From assembly GCA_020627945.1 (NCBI GenBank), contig JAHDFW010000006.1:1-52439 (forward strand): 52,439 nucleotides of DNA, in the 5' to 3' direction. The position numbers and the translations under genes are program-made. Shown here piece after piece: positions 33,943 through 42,162 of this stretch. Every line of letters begins with the position of its first letter. Position 1 is the first letter of the stretch. The notes below the pieces were generated by a model. The model worked only from the letters and a program-made list of their open reading frames with translations, was not told the origin of the DNA and made no database searches. Source of the DNA: Cytophagales bacterium. GTDB taxonomy: Bacteria; Bacteroidota; Bacteroidia; Cytophagales; JAHDFW01.

Positions 33943-34950
33943 TTATTTATCCAATTTTACTCCTAAAACCACTTCATGTCCACCTGCGCTATAATTACGT
34001 AAGCCAGATGTGTTAAAATCATATGAATAACTAACTCTTATTTTGTCATTCAATTTATATCCTATCATAGCGGCAATAGCATCCTGATTTCTGTAAGAAA
34101 GTCCACCGGTTAAACGATCTTTATCTACTCTTACATTAAGATCGAAAACCATTGATGCTCCTGCAACAGATTTAACGAATGTACTCGTAGTTATTTTCAT
34201 ATCGTTTTCCAACGTATGTATGTAACCAGCCATAATGTTATGGTGTGTTTTCAATGAATTAACGGTAGCCGAATTAAAACTAACACGATCCCCTAATAGT
34301 TGCCCTGTTGAATAGCCCGCAAAGAATTTTTCATGATATAAGTAAAAACCTAGGTTGAAGTCAAACATTGCTCTACCATCATTCTCCGCTGCAAAACGCG
34401 CATACGTTGCATCATTGTCAATTTCCAATTGATTGTTGCCTGCAAAAGATAAAGTATAATACCCTAAGCTTCCTCCCAGTCCTAAATTCAACTTAGGGTT
34501 CAAAGCCACATGGGCAGCATAACTACCTGTTACACCGCTTTTGGTAAAATCTCCATTATTATCATTTATAAAAACACCTCCTACTCCATGCTTTACAGTT
34601 CCACGACCAGATTCACGCTGAGTAAAATGATAGTCATTTGCATTTGGAACCCTAAGCGCTAAAGGCTGATGTTCTGCTTCTGTTTCCTTTATGAAACTTT
34701 TCTGTGCACCAGCGTAAAAGGTTGTTGGTTCTTGTCCAAATCCAGCCCATTGTTTTCTATATCCAACAATACCATATGATCCATCGGTCAAACCTGTTGC
34801 GGCCGGATTTACAAGGAATCTATTTTCTAAATACTGAGTAAACTGTGGTAATTGTTGTGCATAAGAATAGGATGCAGCAAACATCACCAGTAACAAAACC
34901 ATGATAGCTTTGTTACGCTTAATAATACGTTTAAAATGTGTTTTGAGCAT
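33943..34950 (-). CDS. T9SS PorP/SprF-family outer-membrane beta-barrel protein
   Basis: Characteristic N-terminus after the signal peptide, AQQLPQFTQYLENRFLVNPAATG. Beta-strand-rich sequence ending in an aromatic-rich barrel terminus. It sits next to a type B CTD cargo gene. Confidence 0.85.
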   Translation of the reverse strand: MLKTHFKRIIKRNKAIMVLLLVMFAASYSYAQQLPQFTQYLENRFLVNPAATGLTDGSYGIVGYRKQWAGFGQEPTTFYAGAQKSFIKETEAEHQPLALRVPNANDYHFTQRESGRGTVKHGVGGVFINDNNGDFTKSGVTGSYAAHVALNPKLNLGLGGSLGYYTLSFAGNNQLEIDNDATYARFAAENDGRAMFDFNLGFYLYHEKFFAGYSTGQLLGDRVSFNSATVNSLKTHHNIMAGYIHTLENDMKITTSTFVKSVAGASMVFDLNVRVDKDRLTGGLSYRNQDAIAAMIGYKLNDKIRVSYSYDFNTSGLRNYSAGGHEVVLGVKLDK

Positions 34951-35075
34951 TATTTAAAACTAAACAAGTGTTATATATCCAACTAAATTTCGGACAAGTT
35001 AGGAAAAAAAACATAACTAATTGTATATTTTACAATTTCTTTTTGTTTCTTTGGATTAAACAAAATTAATACACT

Positions 35076-38000
35076 GTGAAATTACGTTTAACCCGCATCA
35101 TTCCAATCTTAGTATTCTGTTCATTAACCTTATTAATGTCGAGATGCTCAACCGACATGAAATTCAATAATGCGAAGGCTGCTTTTTCTGAAGATTTGAC
35201 ATTTGGTAATGCACCAAATGAAAAGACCAAAGACGCTAGAAAGGCAACAATCATGCAACAATTATCAGTTCGTTCTATTTTTGAAAAAGGAATCACTTTT
35301 ACGGAGAACAAAGGACAACTTAAACGTTTTCACGATGTTGCCGATTCTAAATTAGGTGACATTAAATATTATACACGTAGTTTCGGTGGAACTGCCTACT
35401 TCATGCCTAAAGGAATTGGGTTTGGTTTCTTAAAAAACGAAAGTACTTCGAATAAAAACTCATCGGAGTCTCCTATTTACAATTCAATAAACTTTAATCT
35501 ATTATTCGATGGGGCTAACTCTGATGTAAGTATTATTTCTGAAAATAAACAACCAGGAATTCTTAATTACTTCGTTGGTCCATCGGAAAACCACGTTAAT
35601 AACATTGCTTCTTACGAGACTGTATCTTACAAAAATCTTTATGCTAATATTGATCTGAAATATTATGAAAATAATGGAAGTCTTAAGTATGACTACTTAA
35701 TTCATCCTGCAGGTGAAGTTTCAGATATCTCGATGCACTATGAGGGAATTAAAAATGCAGTATTGAACGAGCAAGGAGAGTTGGAAATTGAAACTAGCTG
35801 GGGAGTGCTAAAAGATGCTGCTCCGTATAGTTACCAATTAATAAATGGATCAAAGCAAGAAATTGATGTTCGTTACACGCTTTCAGAAAATGGAAATATT
35901 GGGTTTAAAGTTTTTGAAGAATATGACCGTTCCAAAACATTGGTAATAGACCCACCTACCTTAGAATGGGCAAGTTTAGTTGGAACTAACACTGGATACG
36001 GATATCTAATGGATATAGAAATTGATGCGGACGGAAATATTTACGGAACGGGTAATCATAATACTGGATTCGCCGCTAATAGTCAAAACTCTTTTGAATC
36101 TACCATCCACGGTGGAGACGATCCTTTTGTGTTCAAATTATCTTCAGATGGAACTACCTTATTATATGCTGGATATGTTGGTGGAGACGGAGGAATTGTG
36201 AATGAAAGATCTTGGGGAATAGCGGTTAATAGCAACGGAGAAGCTTACATTGCGGGGCATGTTAGTGAAGCTTCAAGATTTCCTTTTACTAGCGGAGTAG
36301 TTCAAAATACCATTGCAGGAGGTATCGATATGTTTGTTACAAAAATTAATGCAGCAGGAACAGCTCTTGCCTACTCAACATTCTACGGTGGCGCTGGTGA
36401 AGACCGAGCATATTCGATTGATGTGGATAGTGCTGGCAATGCATATGTAACTGGAGCTACAACTTCAAGCGCTAGTTTTTCAAGTGGTTCCAATATTGAA
36501 CAGAGCACTTATGCTGGAGCTTTAGACGCCTTTGTTTTAAGATTAAACAGTGATGCGAGTGCCGTTGATTTTTGCACCTATCTTGGTGGAACTGGGGATG
36601 ATCTTGGACGTTCTATAGCGGTCAATAATACTGGTATATATATTACTGGGGCAAGTGCATCTTCTTCAGGCGTTGCAAAGACTGGAGCAGCAGATGCTTC
36701 TTTTGCAGGAGGTGCAGCAGATGCGTTCATTTGTAAATTCGACTTTGATGGTTCTCAGACATATGGAACATATATTGGAGGAAGTGATGAAGACAAAGGA
36801 GAAGACATTGCGGTTAAGCCTAATGGCGAAGCAATAATATCTGGTTACACTCGTTCTACGTTCTCTCAAGGTTTTCCTTCTGTTAACCCAGTTCAAACTG
36901 ATAATAAAGGGCTAAGAGACGCTTTTGTAACAAGAGTAAGTGCGGATGGTTCTTCGGTACTAAGTTCTACGTTTATGGGAACAGCACAGGAAGAGAACTT
37001 AAGAAACTCCACTCCATTTGTATTAGACCCAGCACAAAAAGCTGCAGGAGTAGATGTTAGTGCCAATGGAGAAATAGCCTTTGTATTGACTACTGCTACG
37101 ACAGGTTTACCAACCGTTAATGCAATTACTTCTACTCCACAAGGAGGTTCTGTAGGACTTGGAGATGCTTATTTATGTGTATTATCAAGTGACGGAGATA
37201 GCATTATTTTCTCAACCTATTTTGGAGGTTCTGCTAATGATTATACTACGGGAGGTGTTAAATTCAATGGCAACTCTGTTTATTTAGCAGGTTCTAGTCA
37301 CTCTCCTAGTTTGCCAACTACCGCTGGAGTTTATCAGGCCACAAGATCTGGTGGTGGTGATATCCCGTTCGTGGTTAAATACAGTTGCATTTATAGCACT
37401 GAATTAGATACGCCATCGACCGTTAATACTTGTAATTACTTTGTATTACCCGAAATTGCTGGAAATTTCCTTTCTGGAAATGAAGCATACTTTGTTGACA
37501 GTATAGGAACTGGATTAATGCCTGGTGACACGATTTTCTCAACTTCTACGATTCACATTTTAGATTCTAACAATAAATGTATGAATCAGGTTAAATTCGA
37601 CGTAAATATACTTGAAGCAACTACCATTAATAGTTTACCAGATTCAACCTATTGCGAGTACTATGTACTTCCTTCAATTGAAGGAATCAATCTTACGGGG
37701 AATGAAGCATACTTTATTGATAGCACTGGAACTAAACTAGACAATGGAGATACTATCTTTCAATCTTCAACAATTCACATTTTAGACACTTTCAATAATT
37801 GTTTGATTAATTCTAAATTTTCAGTGGAAATTGAGGACTGCCCACCGCCTCCTCCTGTTGATTCTTGTATTTTATCCGTTCCTAATGCTTTTACTCCTGA
37901 TGGAGACGGTGTAAATGACGTATGGAATATTGGATGTATAAGTGAATACCCAGATGCTGTTGTGAAAGTTTATAACAGATGGGGAACAATTGTTCATGAA

Positions 38001-38126
38001 ACCACAGGTGCTAATTACGTGGCATGGGATGGTTCGGAATTACCAGTTGGTTCATTTGTTTACACCATTGAATTAAACGACGGAAGTTCTGAAAACATGA
38101 AAGGGACTCTTACTTTGGTTAGATAA
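35076..38126 (+). CDS. Secreted SBBP beta-propeller-repeat protein with a T9SS type B (gliding-motility-associated) C-terminal sorting domain
   Basis: GTG start with signal/lipoprotein-like MKLRLTRIIPILVFCSLTLLMSRCS. Repeated SBBP-like units (YLGG.G.D.G..IAV...G..YI.G). Two ~70-aa repeats at 37410-37838. Type B CTD motif VPNAFTPDGDGVNDVWNI...VKVYNRWGTIVHE. Confidence 0.85.
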   Translation: MKLRLTRIIPILVFCSLTLLMSRCSTDMKFNNAKAAFSEDLTFGNAPNEKTKDARKATIMQQLSVRSIFEKGITFTENKGQLKRFHDVADSKLGDIKYYTRSFGGTAYFMPKGIGFGFLKNESTSNKNSSESPIYNSINFNLLFDGANSDVSIISENKQPGILNYFVGPSENHVNNIASYETVSYKNLYANIDLKYYENNGSLKYDYLIHPAGEVSDISMHYEGIKNAVLNEQGELEIETSWGVLKDAAPYSYQLINGSKQEIDVRYTLSENGNIGFKVFEEYDRSKTLVIDPPTLEWASLVGTNTGYGYLMDIEIDADGNIYGTGNHNTGFAANSQNSFESTIHGGDDPFVFKLSSDGTTLLYAGYVGGDGGIVNERSWGIAVNSNGEAYIAGHVSEASRFPFTSGVVQNTIAGGIDMFVTKINAAGTALAYSTFYGGAGEDRAYSIDVDSAGNAYVTGATTSSASFSSGSNIEQSTYAGALDAFVLRLNSDASAVDFCTYLGGTGDDLGRSIAVNNTGIYITGASASSSGVAKTGAADASFAGGAADAFICKFDFDGSQTYGTYIGGSDEDKGEDIAVKPNGEAIISGYTRSTFSQGFPSVNPVQTDNKGLRDAFVTRVSADGSSVLSSTFMGTAQEENLRNSTPFVLDPAQKAAGVDVSANGEIAFVLTTATTGLPTVNAITSTPQGGSVGLGDAYLCVLSSDGDSIIFSTYFGGSANDYTTGGVKFNGNSVYLAGSSHSPSLPTTAGVYQATRSGGGDIPFVVKYSCIYSTELDTPSTVNTCNYFVLPEIAGNFLSGNEAYFVDSIGTGLMPGDTIFSTSTIHILDSNNKCMNQVKFDVNILEATTINSLPDSTYCEYYVLPSIEGINLTGNEAYFIDSTGTKLDNGDTIFQSSTIHILDTFNNCLINSKFSVEIEDCPPPPPVDSCILSVPNAFTPDGDGVNDVWNIGCISEYPDAVVKVYNRWGTIVHETTGANYVAWDGSELPVGSFVYTIELNDGSSENMKGTLTLVR

Positions 38127-38259
38127 TAACTTTAACGAATGAAAAAGATTACCATTTTGAAACCAAAAAGCTAGAATAAAACAACCCTAATAAATAAAAT
38201 AATTAGATAAGGTAACATCCAAAACCCTGTGACAACTTAGACTATCATGGATAATTTAG

Positions 38260-38267
38260 TATATTTG
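38260..38267 (+). promoter_or_regulatory. Candidate Bacteroidota -7 promoter box (TAnnTTTG) for the TPR gene
   Basis: TATATTTG is an exact match to the TAnnTTTG consensus, 48 nt upstream of the ATG at 38315. I saw no clear -33 TTG partner. Confidence 0.3.
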
Positions 38268-38314
38268 ATATAACATCATAGATAATATTCATCTAAATTA
38301 ATGTATAGAATTCC

Positions 38315-39475
38315 ATGGCTCTTCGTTTATCACTTACCATCTTTTTAGGGATTGCACTTATATTTTCATCATCTAATGTGATGGGACAAAGTTTCAAGTC
38401 CGAATATTATTTAGTCGACACTCTTGATCTACAAAATTTCTCAAAAGAAGATAAACGTGTTTTAGATTCAGCCCTTACCATTTATCATAATGCTAAGGAT
38501 GACACGGCTAAACTTCAAGCAATTAGTGTAGCAATAGAAGGAATTGAACATGATCATTGGGTAAAATACAACCAACTGCTCCAAGAACAATGTGAAATTC
38601 ATCTAGGACGTAAAGACCTGTCAAAAGCTGAAAGGCTCAGTTTCCTAAAACTTAAAGCAGGAGCTCTAAACAATATGGGTTATTACTATAATGATATTCT
38701 AAATGATTTATTCATGGCAGAGATGTATTACAATGATGCCCTCAAAATAGAAAAAGAAGAAGGTTTTGAAGAAGATGCTGCGATGACCATGTTAAACATT
38801 GGCTCACTCAATCAAATTAAAGGAGATCATGCAACTGCCATTAACATTTTTAAAGAGTCCCTCGAAATTTTCAAAAAACACAAGAATGATCATGGACTTT
38901 TAAACGTGTACAATAACTTGGGAAGTGTTTATGTAAATAAAAAGGATTTTAAAAGTGCCAAGCACTACTATCATTTGGGCCTTGACTTAGCTAAAAAAGG
39001 GGGCAACAAAATGAACATAATTCGACTTTATCGAAACATTTCCTCACTTGCTTTAGAAACCAACCAGCCTGACTCATCATTATATTATGTTAATAATGGA
39101 TTATTAATACTAAAAGATTTAGGTGCTCCTCGATTTGAAACTTCGTTATTGCAAATTGGGGCAGAAGCCCACCTTGCTCAAAGTGACACAAGTAATGCTT
39201 GGGACCTATTAAACAAAGCTTTGGTTTTAGCTAAAAAATCTAATGAACAAGCTAGAATTTCATCACTTCACCTTGTTATGGGACAAATAAACCTTAATCA
39301 ACACAACTTACAAGAAGCTATTAAACACGGTGATTTGGCACTTAATTCTGCTAGACTTATAGAATACAACATCCTGATAAAAGAAGGATTAACTTTCTTG
39401 AGAAAAGTGTACACCAAAACAAAGAATAGTGAGAAAATAAAATCGATAGATGCAGAGCTGCAATTACTGAAGTGA
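38315..39475 (+). CDS. Secreted tetratricopeptide-repeat (TPR) protein
   Basis: Signal peptide MALRLSLTIFLGIALIFSSSNVMGQ, followed by repeated 34-40-aa units of the type N.G..Y....D...A...Y...L.I.... Confidence 0.75.
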   Translation: MALRLSLTIFLGIALIFSSSNVMGQSFKSEYYLVDTLDLQNFSKEDKRVLDSALTIYHNAKDDTAKLQAISVAIEGIEHDHWVKYNQLLQEQCEIHLGRKDLSKAERLSFLKLKAGALNNMGYYYNDILNDLFMAEMYYNDALKIEKEEGFEEDAAMTMLNIGSLNQIKGDHATAINIFKESLEIFKKHKNDHGLLNVYNNLGSVYVNKKDFKSAKHYYHLGLDLAKKGGNKMNIIRLYRNISSLALETNQPDSSLYYVNNGLLILKDLGAPRFETSLLQIGAEAHLAQSDTSNAWDLLNKALVLAKKSNEQARISSLHLVMGQINLNQHNLQEAIKHGDLALNSARLIEYNILIKEGLTFLRKVYTKTKNSEKIKSIDAELQLLK

Positions 39476-39612
39476 TTGATCTAGTCACATATATTACTCT
39501 TATCAACTTTTATCTTATAACTAAAATACTCTTTAGATTCCCCGAAACCTTTTAGGTTTTCTAGATTCTTGCATATTAAAAACTTATATTGGTCCAATAT
39601 TGTTTTAACGTT

Positions 39613-41103
39613 ATGAGAATTTTAAGCCTTACCTTTTTTATCGTGTTTTTGAGCAATGTGTTAATTGCGCAAAAAAGACAAATCCAAGTTGACACTACAG
39701 TTGTTACTAGCCATAGTACAACCATTAATGGTCAGAAAATAAAGTATGAAGCTCGTACGGGCACTCAACCTCTTTGGGACCAGGATGGCAGTCCAATTGC
39801 GACTCTTTATTACACGTATTACAAACGCACGGATGTTAAAAACACCTCTGAAAGACCTTTGCTTATCTCTTTTAATGGAGGTCCGGGTTCAGCTTCTGTG
39901 TGGATGCATATTGCTTATACAGGTCCTCAGATCCTGAAAATAGACGATGAAGGCTACCCTGTTCAACCATATGGTATTAAAGAAAATCCTTACTCCGTTT
40001 TAGATGTTGCGGACATCGTTTTCGTAAACCCAGTGAATACAGGATATTCTAGAATGATACCTAACAAAGAAGGTAAATATCCTGATAAGAAAAAATTCTT
40101 CGGAATCAACGCCGATATCAAGTATTTGGCGGATTGGTTAAATACTTTTGTAACCAGAAATGAACGATGGTTATCTCCTAAATATTTGATTGGTGAAAGT
40201 TATGGAGGAACAAGAGTCTCTGGTTTAGCTTTAGAATTACAGGCAAAACAATGGATGTATTTAAACGGTGTAATTTTAGTATCACCCGCTGATTATAAAG
40301 TATTTGAATCAGATGCACCAATCTCCTCTTCACTAAACCTTCCTTACTTTACCGCAGCAGCTTGGTATCATAAGGTTCTTGATCCTAAATTACAATCTAA
40401 GGATTTGCTCGAGATATTACCCGAAGCGGAAAAATTTGCAATAGACAAATATATGCCTGCATTAGCAAAGGGAAGTTCATTAACGGAAGCGGAAAAAAAC
40501 GAGCTCGCAAAATCAGTTTCATACTATTCGGGAGTTGATGCACAAGATATTCTTGATCACAACTTAAGAATACCAACTAACTACTTTTGGAAATCTCTTT
40601 TGAAAGACAAATCGGCTAATACCATTGGTAGACTTGATTCAAGATATTTGGGAATTGATAAAATGAAAGCAGGCGAATCTCCGGATTTCAACCCAGAACT
40701 AACTTCGTGGCTTCACTCTTTTACTCCTGCTATAAACTACTACATTAGAGAACATCTAAAATTCAAAACGGACATTAAATATAACATGTTTGGCAGTGTT
40801 TATCCATGGGACAGACAAAACAACAATGTAAGAGACAACCTAAGAAAAGCTATGGCTCAAAACCCTTACTTAAACATACTTTTCCAAACTGGATATTACG
40901 ATGGGGCAACAACCTATTTCAACTCTAAGTATACTATGTGGCAAATCGATCCAAGTGGACAAATGAAAGATCGTATGGATTTTAAAGGTTATCGAAGCGG
41001 ACACATGATGTATTTGAGAAGCGAAGATTTAAAATCAGCAAATGACCATTTAAGAGAATTTATTAAGAATTCTAATCCAAATGGGAAGAGTGCTAAGTAT
41101 TAA
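39613..41103 (+). CDS. Peptidase S10 family serine carboxypeptidase (secreted)
   Basis: NGGPGSAS, catalytic-Ser motif GESYGG, and C-terminal His motif RSGHMMY. The ORF track begins at TTG 39589, but ATG 39613 gives a normal signal peptide (MRILSLTFFIVFLSNVLIAQ). Confidence 0.85.
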   Translation: MRILSLTFFIVFLSNVLIAQKRQIQVDTTVVTSHSTTINGQKIKYEARTGTQPLWDQDGSPIATLYYTYYKRTDVKNTSERPLLISFNGGPGSASVWMHIAYTGPQILKIDDEGYPVQPYGIKENPYSVLDVADIVFVNPVNTGYSRMIPNKEGKYPDKKKFFGINADIKYLADWLNTFVTRNERWLSPKYLIGESYGGTRVSGLALELQAKQWMYLNGVILVSPADYKVFESDAPISSSLNLPYFTAAAWYHKVLDPKLQSKDLLEILPEAEKFAIDKYMPALAKGSSLTEAEKNELAKSVSYYSGVDAQDILDHNLRIPTNYFWKSLLKDKSANTIGRLDSRYLGIDKMKAGESPDFNPELTSWLHSFTPAINYYIREHLKFKTDIKYNMFGSVYPWDRQNNNVRDNLRKAMAQNPYLNILFQTGYYDGATTYFNSKYTMWQIDPSGQMKDRMDFKGYRSGHMMYLRSEDLKSANDHLREFIKNSNPNGKSAKY

Positions 41104-42119
41104 TACTGCTTATATCTAGGTGTTCTTATCGGAGGCTTTTGCTTAGTGATTTCTGGTAAATAATAAGCAATCATAATCTCGTGACTGGTACCTGCTTTTG
41201 CACGTGTACCTGCTACCACTGCATCCAAAGCATACCCAACCTTAAGTTGATTATCATCCATAAAGGAAGTTCCAACTAAAAGACCAAACGCTCCTCCTTG
41301 TCTGAAGTTTAGACCTCCCCAGTGCTTTTCTTCAAGATCAATTCTACCACCAATTTCAAATGAGTGTGTGTAGCGAGTTGAATAGGCAAAATCTGTCTTA
41401 AATAATGCTGTAGGTGTTAATACCATATCACGGTCAAGCTCAATGCGATATCCTGCGGTGATATACATATGACGTTGCGTACCGTGATCTACATTATTTT
41501 GAGCCCAAGAACTTTGACCTCCATAGCTAAATTCATCCTCCAGCAATTTATTCATACTTACACCAACATAAAATTTGTCATGCTCATACCATAATCCAGC
41601 TCCCATATCGATAAGGTTTTCTACCCACCTGTTTTGATCCGGAATAGCATAATCAATTGGAATAGACTGGACACCATCCGAAGGTCTCCACTCGATATCT
41701 TTTCTACCTATCAGAACATTAGAAAAAGATCCTTGAACTCCAAGGCTTAGTCTCCCCTTTCCTACTACAATATGTTTCGAAAGAGATAAATTCACAGTGG
41801 TAGTTCTAAGGCTCGGTTGAATATCATTGATCAAGTTTAACCCTATCCCTCCATTGATTGGGAGTAATGGTAAATCTGCGCTCAGCAAATTTGTATTACC
41901 CGCTGTACCATCGTCAAAATCACTAGTATATCCCAACCATTGATTACGGTAGATACCTCTAATTACAGGTGCTTTTTGAATTCCTGCGTATGCTGGATTC
42001 AGATACATTCCATTAAAAGCGTAGTGAGAGAACTGCGCATCCTGTTGAGCATTTGCAGAAAAACTTAACCCTACAAGAATAATGCTGATTGGAAGTAAGT
42101 ATTTTTTTAAAGTTGTCAT
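41100..42119 (-). CDS. T9SS PorP/SprF-family outer-membrane protein
   Basis: Signal peptide, then AQQDAQFSHYAFNGMYLNPAYAG (PorP/SprF N-terminal signature). It is the last gene of a cargo / PorE-like / PorP string. Confidence 0.85.
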   Translation of the reverse strand: MTTLKKYLLPISIILVGLSFSANAQQDAQFSHYAFNGMYLNPAYAGIQKAPVIRGIYRNQWLGYTSDFDDGTAGNTNLLSADLPLLPINGGIGLNLINDIQPSLRTTTVNLSLSKHIVVGKGRLSLGVQGSFSNVLIGRKDIEWRPSDGVQSIPIDYAIPDQNRWVENLIDMGAGLWYEHDKFYVGVSMNKLLEDEFSYGGQSSWAQNNVDHGTQRHMYITAGYRIELDRDMVLTPTALFKTDFAYSTRYTHSFEIGGRIDLEEKHWGGLNFRQGGAFGLLVGTSFMDDNQLKVGYALDAVVAGTRAKAGTSHEIMIAYYLPEITKQKPPIRTPRYKQY

Positions 42120-42162
42120 ACGAATTTCAATATTTTGGATAATTTAATAATGAGTCTGTTTA

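Noticed and set aside
35061-35068. TAATTTTG (minus strand), an exact TAnnTTTG match upstream of the PorP/SprF gene.
   Set aside because: It lies 111-118 nt from the ATG and directly abuts the start codon of the divergent gene. It is plausible but too ambiguous to list as a feature.
33749-35311. ORF 33749-33994 (+) spanning the PorE-like/PorP junction, and ORF 35066-35311 (-) overlapping the start of the SBBP gene.
   Set aside because: Both are antisense to the signal-peptide regions of real genes. The hydrophobic translations are mirror artefacts of those regions.
36655-36896. ORFs 36655-36837 (+, out of frame) and 36666-36896 (-) inside the SBBP protein gene.
   Set aside because: Nested shadow ORFs.
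29230-38126. Two genes of identical length (both 3051 nt / 1016 aa: 29230-32280 and 35076-38126), which suggested a possible inverted duplication.
   Set aside because: The proteins share no visible similarity (Fn3/malectin/beta-helix/type A CTD against SBBP/type B CTD). The equal length is a coincidence.
39545-39559. Small hairpin AAACCT-TTT-AGGTTT after the TPR gene, considered as a possible terminator.
   Set aside because: It has only a 6-bp AT-rich stem with a 3-nt loop and no T-tract. That is too weak to call.
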